DNA of 64,000 nt from a virus: the IMG/VR virus record IMGVR_UViG_3300049847_000416, positions 1 to 64,000 of that record; one strand, 5' to 3'. Positions 58,701-64,000 of this stretch are shown here, in pieces. The stretch's first letter is position 1. The number at the start of each line of letters is the position of its first letter. Both the position numbers and the translations under genes were made by a program. Under the pieces are notes generated by a model, which made no database searches, was not told the origin of the DNA, and worked only from the letters and a program-made list of their open reading frames with translations.

Positions 58701-60295
58701 CCATTGGTGAAGAACGGTTGCCCATTGGCTCCCGCTGAAGTGACAACCACGGCGTCTTGAGTCGTGATGTTGATGGCGCTCGCAACACCGTCAACCGGAA
58801 CGCTCACCTGAACTTTATTGTTCGAGATGGGCAGCTTGTCGGGGACCGCACCTGAGGACTTCACGAACGCCACTGACGCGGAACCCGTCATGACAGCAGT
58901 CGAGCGCACGCGCACGTCGGTTGCGCCAATAGTCGTCAAGGAAGCGATGAAATTCTGGGTGAAAGAACTGGCTGGAGCAGTGGTGCCAGTCTGTGAGACA
59001 ACAGTCGGGGTCCAATTCGCCCCGTTGTCCATCGAAGTTTCGACCTGGAGGTTTCCCGTCCAGGTTCCGGTGACTTGGATCCGTGTGGTTTGGGTACCAC
59101 TGAGGGTAGTCGCCGCGAAGGATGCGGCAGTCGGAACACCAGTCACCAAGCTTTGGCCATTGGCAGCGGCAGCAGTAGCGGACACGATGTCCTGCGTAGT
59201 AACCGCAACGGCGGCAACTGCTGTGTCTGCTGTACTGGTGGCAGCGGCGTAGCGCCACTCGTTAGCGGTTGAGTTGTAAGTTACCGGAACCGGAGCCGTG
59301 CGCCAGCCATCGACCCTAATTTGATACACGATACCCGTGCCGCCACGAGTGCGGACGCGCAACATACCTACACCATTGGAGGTAGCAGTGACGTTCGGAA
59401 CAACCGCAACGTCTTGGTACCGGCTGGTGGCGTGGGTACCAATCAAAGACGGCACACCTCCGCCGTCCAGGCGATAGAACCCGTTGACGCTGGTCGTACC
59501 AGCCAATGTTCGCCCCTCAAGCGTTAAAGCAGCCATCAAAGCCGCAGAGGTATTCGGCAGCATGACGATACGCCAGAAAGTGCAACCCCGTCGATCCGCA
59601 GCCGACTGCGGAGCATTCGAGTAATCAGCGCTAAACAAATCCGTTGCCGCACCGGCTCCCGTGAATGTGGTGGTAAAAGAACAGTCGGGCGTGCTCAAAC
59701 TCGCTTGTGGAACGGTGGAGAGCAGTTCGGCGGGGGGTGTTCTGAAACCAAACAACTTGGCTTCGAGTGTCGTAGCTCCCGCAGCCGTATACGTCAGGCG
59801 CAGCCAGGGCGTGTAGCCAGACAGTACGGCTGCGCCGTAGCCAACGGCTTCAGTGGAAGTCTGAGACCCGTTGACGGGGGTGAGACCAGACGTGGCGTAC
59901 ACACCAGGAGTACCGCCCACATCCGCCGCCGTTTGGAGGTTGACGGTAGTGGACGTGGTGTTAGGGTGGTTCCACACCAGCACCCAATACCGGCAGGACG
60001 TAGTCGCGGCGCTGTTCGTGCGATTGTCCAAATCGGTGGACGTACCGCTGGTGGCGGCGGCTGTGACAGAGTAGGTCAGAGCGCAGTCGGCAGAAGCGGT
60101 GGACCCAGCCACCAGCAAATTTCCAGACGCGTCCACCTTGAGCGTTTGTAGGACTAGGCCGGGGTCAATGCCCTGGACCGCGACGGGATTCGTCACCGTA
60201 ACCGCACCCGAAGCACCCGAACCACCCCCGGACGGGGGAAACTGAGCGAACGCCGAAGCGGTCAATAGCGAAACAGCAATCCAAATCTTGCGCAT
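52781..60295 (-). CDS. giant (2504 aa) multi-repeat beta-sandwich protein with Sec signal peptide
   Basis: MRKIWIAVSLLTASAFA/QFPP; 10 repeats of about 150 aa (QD...ANGQ...TGVPT...GTW.G.L.VE.S.DGG..W...GAT..RVR); 4 Cys-pair domains (C...[RS]GC.[FY]W-like); distinct C-terminal domain. Confidence 0.85.
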   Translation of the reverse strand: MRKIWIAVSLLTASAFAQFPPSGGGSGASGAVTVTNPVAVQGIDPGLVLQTLKVDASGNLLVAGSTASADCALTYSVTAAATSGTSTDLDNRTNSAATTSCRYWVLVWNHPNTTSTTVNLQTAADVGGTPGVYATSGLTPVNGSQTSTEAVGYGAAVLSGYTPWLRLTYTAAGATTLEAKLFGFRTPPAELLSTVPQASLSTPDCSFTTTFTGAGAATDLFSADYSNAPQSAADRRGCTFWRIVMLPNTSAALMAALTLEGRTLAGTTSVNGFYRLDGGGVPSLIGTHATSRYQDVAVVPNVTATSNGVGMLRVRTRGGTGIVYQIRVDGWRTAPVPVTYNSTANEWRYAAATSTADTAVAAVAVTTQDIVSATAAAANGQSLVTGVPTAASFAATTLSGTQTTRIQVTGTWTGNLQVETSMDNGANWTPTVVSQTGTTAPASSFTQNFIASLTTIGATDVRVRSTAVMTGSASVAFVKSSGAVPDKLPISNNKVQVSVPVDGVASAINITTQDAVVVTSAGANGQPFFTNGPPTVNSFAQVALIGNQTTMVQAKGTWSGTLQVETSIDSGVTWTRAVVVQADSTATSSSFTQNFIGQVNTVGATNLRIRAVAAMTGTAIVSLVPSYQPGPQVLPILGGKLQVSGASAPANIPSATINISAQDAVAVTTTGVNGQTYTIGVPTAGSAAAFVLASAASVQVNMVTGGFAGTLLSEISFDGGGTWFPAPVLQEGTSIGSSAFTTTGTEDQITGKVNTAGATHYRIRCTSFTAANAAVSIVESPTAGVVSINNLPKSALNRVQVETAPVPDALLSTSNITARDVVSVTAAGANGQSFVTGVPTAASFATATLNNIPSVVVQASNAWTGSLQAEITYDGTIWIPVAVSQTDTVAPSTLFTQNFAGTVDTQGAVGVRIRETAVHTGTAQVALYARYTTAKDKMPIVGGKVQVNTASAADTTAGPVVLTVDDSGTTSGTLANGKTFTNGSLATAGSEALFTLASVPLVKLQTTGNMIGTAVAEVSFDGGVRFYRADILQPEVVKPFSAWTGAVGTQMNLVGTVNTQGATHLRVRVTTFTSGTLSVTVVKTAGPSSVSISNLPQNTVTSRVQVDAQNPPDTSTSAAITAQDIVSVSTAGANGQSLITGVPTVASFVQATLTSNQTARIQVTGIWTGTLQVETSIDGGTTWVPTAVSQTNTTAPATSFIANFVGAVSVNGATHIRVRSTAVMTGTANVVLLATYSPLQEKLPISGGVLQVNTAAAADTTAGPITLTVNDATVVTTTLANGQQTFAGVPDAGSAAVFPLSSVSAIRVTAVQVGVSAISSEISFDGGLTYTPASVQQNGVAYNATSFVSPVANENSFVGVVSTLGATHYRIRLLSWTSGTVGVSIIKTVGVNDVSVNNLPKSPLTNRLLVDTVGPQDQVNSISISTQDIVSVQSVGANGQLFITGAPTALSAAAISLVSVPSVHVLVKGTWTGTVRLEVSADNGTTWTPAVVSQTEMVAPGTSFTQNFQGTVSTVGMTNVRVRSTAVMTGTANVVITKSYVTVSEKLPILGGLVQVSSSSSQPVPDCSITYTFTGTGAPVASAFYDNKSQSVSDVRGCMFWRMILPGVNTAGSHATFIEAANAAGTVSSSGVYELHTAAGFGGVNLSGTLVSPGYRDFAIQPSVLGFGANQLRVNSTGPIGAVYTVRLDGWRQAHVPVEWNLASGQFKYAAHDQYASSKADGSGTRPISNQQNTLYTANEALCRDTWNPGVGGGTPWSYDQTIDKNTGIATPSGQPASMRGCRYWQVSIPAQASATSDALTSTITVEESNDAVTWRPTTTYKFNAWNRFFSFVTDAPYLRASVAADPSLATWTGYIEIGGYRNVPPSKEITVTTTGVTVVGGNLLAKDGSADAVDLQQTGVGYAVRSLRIGVTGSGVTGGSYVFQGSNNGTDYYTLSVRDEEFGFVALQPVVANNTAKFFVVNTPYRFVKMRVNSAITGGLLTVTTLYSGDHIPDALVSSTNLLGINNIAPSVNYGVSDAGTLRTVLANRGQALTSITAITTQDAGSTAVAVANGQIVVTGTPTALSFHDLGGLSQVNAAYIQVTNTFTGTLAVEGTFDNAYWTRLPLHQMGVTTAASTFTSPFSGLVSTSGMIRIRVRSIAPMTGQADVQFATMPDGVLKAVLNAVKVQDGLKVDQNDAATPFTVQQSDGINSLTLVPPSTSTDGTETSVPVSLSPNGQGGTASQPLFAVQGSYANGSAGAVISAADVASVTTSTGFGQTLITGTPTANSSASLIVPPGSPSMSFRLSNAGPFVASLVVEGRQGGTAWIRIPVQVSGATGGEVLTYGPFTGPVIGTINTVGLVDVRLRATSYTSGSVNLSWFTSPSQGQGPIAVANPEVRDASGRTEIINAPTSLAANALLPVASPAITSSIALKTSAGNLYSLHVTVGATAGYLMLFNSTTAPADGPVTPVHCVVAPANQTTSLSHQTYPAHFSTGIVAVFSTTGCFTQTASASVFFGGQVK

Positions 60296-60310
60296 ATGAT
60301 GTCTACCTGA

Positions 60311-60318
60311 TAGTATCG
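60311..60318 (-). promoter_or_regulatory. putative late promoter (GC)CGATACTA
   Basis: 15 nt upstream of ATG 60295; GCCGATAC resembles the sigma28 -10 consensus GCCGATAA. Confidence 0.6.
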
Positions 60319-60374
60319 GCAGCCTCACATCTGTGTGGGCTGAACAAGCGGTTCAGAAATTTTCTGAGCCCACC

Positions 60375-60598
60375 AAAAGAATTGGACCAAGGATGTCCTT
60401 GGTCCGTGGAGATAAACTACTTAGGTCAGTTGAAACCGCCGACGGGGTCATCCCGCATTACCCCAGGCTTGTGGGGGGTTTCTTTGAACTTACAGCGGTT
60501 CGAATGGGGCAGGAAGATGTGGTCGGTTTTCTGGGATAGAGGTTGATACCTCGCATGTTCCAGTAGAATCCGGTTAGTAAGACCCTGCCCACTCGACA
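60375..60598 (-). ncRNA. candidate structured ncRNA (about 220 nt)
   Basis: TGCTATACT at 60604-60612; long stems; terminator hairpin 60384-60405 with a U-rich tract. Confidence 0.5.
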
Positions 60599-60616
60599 CT
60601 TTCAGTATAGCACGTT

Positions 60617-61258
60617 CTAGAGCAGCGAAATGCGGTAGTGCTTCACTTCCGTGGCGATCTTATCCCGCTTGAGCGCGTCCACGTCGGCTTTGAGCTTGGA
60701 GATCGTCTCATAGTCAGCTAGCGCTTGTTTCGCGTAGGCTGTGCAATGCGTACGCAAAGAGTGGATCTGTTGACGGAGCGTCTGGGCGTCCAGCACGTCG
60801 GTTTGCCACGACTTCCACCGTTGGACCTCCTCGTGGAGAGCCGCGTTTTCGGTCATGTACGACTGCAAAGACTTGGTCTTGCGGTCTCCTTCCGCGCTTA
60901 GCGTTTCCCGTGCGTCTTGTTCCCGGCGTAACTGCTGCTTGAGGGAGGCGATTTGAGCGTCCTTCATAACAATGGCCTCGCAGAGTTCCTTTTCTGTCTC
61001 AGCGTTACCCTCGTTCAGGTGCTTCTGTGCAAGTAATTGCCGCGTCAGGTCCTCCACCTCGGCACTGCTTTTGGCAAGCTTCTGCTGGAGTTCCTGCTCG
61101 GCTGCCTCCTCGCGGTTTGCGGCGGTCTTCCAGGACTCTACCAGGGCTTCCCAGCGCCAAGTCTCTTGGTGCAGGCCCTGAATGGTGTCAGTTTGGCGCT
61201 GGGCTACACCTTTCCAGTAATCACGCTCTTGTTGGATGGAATCGTTAAGTGATGGCAT
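60617..61258 (-). CDS. coiled-coil protein
   Basis: TTGCAA-18-TATACT, 6 nt, then ATG 61258; heptad-rich. Confidence 0.7.
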   Translation of the reverse strand: MPSLNDSIQQERDYWKGVAQRQTDTIQGLHQETWRWEALVESWKTAANREEAAEQELQQKLAKSSAEVEDLTRQLLAQKHLNEGNAETEKELCEAIVMKDAQIASLKQQLRREQDARETLSAEGDRKTKSLQSYMTENAALHEEVQRWKSWQTDVLDAQTLRQQIHSLRTHCTAYAKQALADYETISKLKADVDALKRDKIATEVKHYRISLL

Positions 61259-61301
61259 GCTCTTAGTATACGAGGAAGCGTGACAAGTTTGCAAGCCTTT
61301 T

Positions 61302-62114
61302 CTACAGCGGAGAAATTTTCCGCAACTGTTCCAACACCGCCCACAGCCCGTGCCGCTCACGAAAGGCCACTGGCATTGGCACGCGGGATCCGAAAGCGGT
61401 AGTCCGCGCGTAAGTCAAGTACCGCATGCACCAGCTTCGCGTCCTTACAGGCATTGAAATTTTATGCTGGCTGATCAAGGAATCCAATTCCAGCCAGTCT
61501 AGCGGCATGTCGTTGTTCCATTTCTCCCGAGCTTCAGCGTACGCTTGATTGCGTTGTTTCCGGTGCAGCACCCGCATCTTCCGCTCAAACCCAATTGACT
61601 TCACCCGTTTATTGGTCGGGAGAGCAGCATTCCGGTCCCGGATCCATTCTTCCGGGTTCTCCCACAGATGCAGCAACCAGGTCTTGTAGAGAGTCAGTTC
61701 GTCCTTGGTGACTTTTTCCGGCATTGGAAACCAACCAATCACACCGTCGGCGATCTCGATGAACCGGCTGTCCTTGAGCATCTCCCCTGTTCTCCTGTGA
61801 TTTGGTGGCTTCCAGTAATCTGGCATAGGCCAGGAATCCGTGGTTTTCTCCAGCTTCCAGAGCTTCATCCCATGCAGCTTACTTCTGACCAATGAGAGAT
61901 CAGTCTTGCTGACTGTGCGAACATCCACGTACAGAGCTTCAGCCTGCTTCGATATAACTGGAAGAACGACTTTCAGAAGATCAGATTGCTTGATTTCCAG
62001 GAGTTTGTCAACGATCTGAGAAACCAGGCTTTCATCGAATGAAAGAACGGGTGAAATTTCAGATGGCTGTGACTTTGGTGTTTCATGATGAGTCTGACGA
62101 GTAGATGGTTTCAT
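61302..62114 (-). CDS. hypothetical basic protein
   Basis: 270-aa ORF downstream of the structured region; no family recognised. Confidence 0.65.
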   Translation of the reverse strand: MKPSTRQTHHETPKSQPSEISPVLSFDESLVSQIVDKLLEIKQSDLLKVVLPVISKQAEALYVDVRTVSKTDLSLVRSKLHGMKLWKLEKTTDSWPMPDYWKPPNHRRTGEMLKDSRFIEIADGVIGWFPMPEKVTKDELTLYKTWLLHLWENPEEWIRDRNAALPTNKRVKSIGFERKMRVLHRKQRNQAYAEAREKWNNDMPLDWLELDSLISQHKISMPVRTRSWCMRYLTYARTTAFGSRVPMPVAFRERHGLWAVLEQLRKISPL

Positions 62115-62247
62115 GGTTAGATCAATGAATGGGTGAAATTTCAGATGTCAGTGATAGCTGTGATTTAAGTTGGGACTGTGTCCTTTGATCATGGAATGCT
62201 GATCTCTTCGAGATCAGATTCTGCTGATCGGAGATCTCTTCGAGATC
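62049..62247. repeat. direct repeats and palindromes
   Basis: GGGTGAAATTTCAGATG at 62049 and 62131; palindromic GATCTCTTCGAGATC at 62201 and 62233. Confidence 0.75.
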
Positions 62248-62360
62248 TCTTTGAAGAGATGGAGCTATCCTTAAACCCATCTATCAGTCTCACGTCTAGC
62301 CATCCAGGTGTTCAGCCATCCAGCAGCCAGACGGGAAGGAGTTTGACCGCTCATGAACGG

Positions 62361-62831
62361 GAAAAGGGCATGGGAATAGCCTAGGAGTAGCATCAGAATG
62401 GTTAGATTCTTAACACTAAACCCAGACTATTCCCATGCCCCTCTCACTTCTACAAAGTACCTTGGACTTGACCAGCCCAAGTTACGATGAATGAGGGTGA
62501 AACGTTCTCGACCCGGCGTCACGTGGAGTCATTGGAAGAGCCGCTGAACACCATCGCTGGCCCAGGCTGGTTGGTCTCCTGCTTGCGCAAGAATCGAACC
62601 AGTTGGTCCTGTTTGAGTCTTTAGACCTATCACCCCCATCGGTTGCCCGAATCGTGTGTAGGAAGATGCCCCGTCGTTCCAATTATCTTGAGTGGGTGCT
62701 GCTCAGCATCATTGCCCATGGTATGGACCATCCCGTCTCCAGGACAACCCACCGGGGAATCTCACCCCGACAGCGCTTGCGTACATCTCAGCCCACCGCC
62801 ATCGTTTTATATGCCGACCCAGTGAACCTAC
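62361..62831 (-). ncRNA. candidate large structured ncRNA or leader (about 470 nt)
   Basis: Consensus-like promoter upstream; several G-U-rich stems with GNRA tetraloops; terminal long hairpin. Confidence 0.55.
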
Positions 62832-62837
62832 ATACAC

Positions 62838-62866
62838 AGTATCTCACATTTCAGGATTTCTGTCAA
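62838..62866 (-). promoter_or_regulatory. sigma70 promoter TTGACA-N17-GATACT
   Basis: Perfect -35, 17-bp spacer and near-consensus -10. Confidence 0.75.
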
Positions 62867-62904
62867 GCCCTCGTGCAAAGAAACCTTAGGGAGCTATTTT
62901 CTGC

Positions 62905-62933
62905 TTGCGTCTGTGGCCTACATCTGGCATGAT
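62905..62933 (+). promoter_or_regulatory. divergent sigma70-like promoter TTGCGT-N17-CATGAT, leaderless
   Basis: 6 nt upstream of ATG 62940. Confidence 0.5.
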
Positions 62934-62939
62934 TGACTT

Positions 62940-63236
62940 ATGAACTTGGACAACTTCCAGAAAGTGCTAGACCAGATCGAAGCACATCCTGAGACTTGGG
63001 AGCAAGCAGTTTGGCATACGTCCTGCGGGACGGCTCACTGTTTTGCCGGCTGGGCTCAGCTTCTCGCTGGGGACGAAATGTCAGAAGATGCCGTTGCAGA
63101 TGACGCGATCCGGTTTCTGGACTGCACCGAGGATGAAGCAGACTACCTGTTCGAGCCCGAGCGCACCCTGGCGGACTTCCGGCACGTTCTCCAAACGGGA
63201 ACGGTCCCAGGCTACGGATGGGGCGATGAGTCTTAA
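62940..63236 (+). CDS. hypothetical phage protein
   Basis: W.Q..W...CGTAHCFAGWA motif, recurrent in small phage proteins. Confidence 0.7.
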   Translation: MNLDNFQKVLDQIEAHPETWEQAVWHTSCGTAHCFAGWAQLLAGDEMSEDAVADDAIRFLDCTEDEADYLFEPERTLADFRHVLQTGTVPGYGWGDES

Positions 63237-64000
63237 GCGCAAGGCGGCAAACACCACCACCACCGCCGCCGCCGCGTGGCCCGAGCCGGCAGCCATTGCT
63301 ACGTGGATGCGGGCTCGCGTGGCTGGGCAAGACGAAGCTATCGACATTCTCGCCAATTACGTACACATGTACATGGCGGGATTGAACCCAGACCACCGCC
63401 CAGTGGGAGTCATACTCCTGCTTGGAGTATCAGGTTCCGGCAAAACTCACCTCGTGAAAACCCTGGCGCACGCCATTCACCGGGATCCTCGAAAAATGCT
63501 GTACATTAACTGCGGGGAATACACAGCAGGACACGAAGTGGCGCGCTTGATAGGAGCGCCTCCGGGTTACTTGGGCCACAGAGAGACCCAGCCACTGCTC
63601 ACCCAATCCGTCCTGAACGGACTCACTACGGAGCACAGTTCGCTCCAAATCGTGCTGTTAGACGAAGTGGAGAAAGCGCACCCGAAGTTTCATCAAGCTT
63701 GGCTGAGTCCGTTTGATGAAGCACGGTTACAACTTGGTGACGGTGCTATCACGAACTTTCAACACACCTTGTTTGTGCTCACGTCAAATCTCGGGTCTAG
63801 AGCCTTGCAACAGCGGTTCACGGCATACTCCCCCTTTGACTCAGTAGAACGGGTGGTAACCCCGGCCAAGTTTGGGGCCACCGTGGTGGGAAAGGAATTT
63901 CCACCGGAGTGGATAAACAGGCTGGACGAAACCATCACGTGCAACGTGTTGGGCCGACCGCAGTATGAGCAGATCCTGACTCTAGAACTCCGGGCTGTTG
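63226..64000 (+). CDS. stand-alone ClpA/B D2-type AAA+ ATPase (partial)
   Basis: Not in the ORF track. From ATG 63226: RVAGQDEAI...RPVGVILLLGVSGSGKT...RLIGAPPGYLGHRETQP...VLLDEVEKAHP...TSNLG...FPPEWINRLDE. Confidence 0.9.
   Translation, partial: MSLKRKAANTTTTAAAAWPEPAAIATWMRARVAGQDEAIDILANYVHMYMAGLNPDHRPVGVILLLGVSGSGKTHLVKTLAHAIHRDPRKMLYINCGEYTAGHEVARLIGAPPGYLGHRETQPLLTQSVLNGLTTEHSSLQIVLLDEVEKAHPKFHQAWLSPFDEARLQLGDGAITNFQHTLFVLTSNLGSRALQQRFTAYSPFDSVERVVTPAKFGATVVGKEFPPEWINRLDETITCNVLGRPQYEQILTLELRAV

Noticed and set aside
52781-60295. CRISPR array or DGR template/variable repeats
   Set aside because: The repeats are diverged protein-domain repeats; there are no identical short repeats with spacers, no adenine-specific variation and no reverse transcriptase.
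60430-60500. Twister-ribozyme-like words (ACAAGCC, TAATGCGG)
   Set aside because: The order and the conserved pairings of the twister core could not be built.
62505-62640. tmRNA/tRNA-like cues (GGGGGTGA start, GGTTCGATTC) on the minus strand
   Set aside because: No paired T-stem, acceptor stem or CCA end, and no tag reading frame.

Overview
This window is about 64 kb of a large, probably virulent, long-tailed dsDNA phage genome. Nearly all genes lie on the minus strand; two plus-strand genes sit at the right end. From left to right it contains: (1) a replication/recombination module (gp32-like SSB, UvsY-like mediator, family-A polymerase with a UDG-like N-domain, beta-clamp-like protein, 5'-3' exonuclease, primase, DnaB-like helicase, SF2 helicase); (2) tail and HK97-type head modules, including a -1 frameshifted tail chaperone, an amidase and a phage sigma factor between terminase and portal; (3) nucleotide-metabolism genes (ThyX, dCMP deaminase, a DUF5664-like protein) and a FAM173-like methyltransferase; (4) accessory genes; (5) a divergent control region followed by a stand-alone ClpB-D2-type ATPase. 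Three inteins are present: two related class-3 LAGLIDADG inteins in P-loops and one HNH intein in ThyX. Two promoter classes can be read from the sequence: host-type TGnTATACT, often leaderless, and a CGATNNTA motif in front of morphogenesis genes. The most notable features are (a) a putative late operon of Sec-signal-bearing, Cys-paired, fibre-like proteins headed by a 2504-aa repeat protein, and (b) two promoter-driven, highly structured non-coding RNA candidates (about 60375-60598 and 62361-62831). An Acidobacteriota host is a tentative inference. No tRNA, CRISPR array, integrase or reverse transcriptase was recognised. All calls were made by eye, without database searches.
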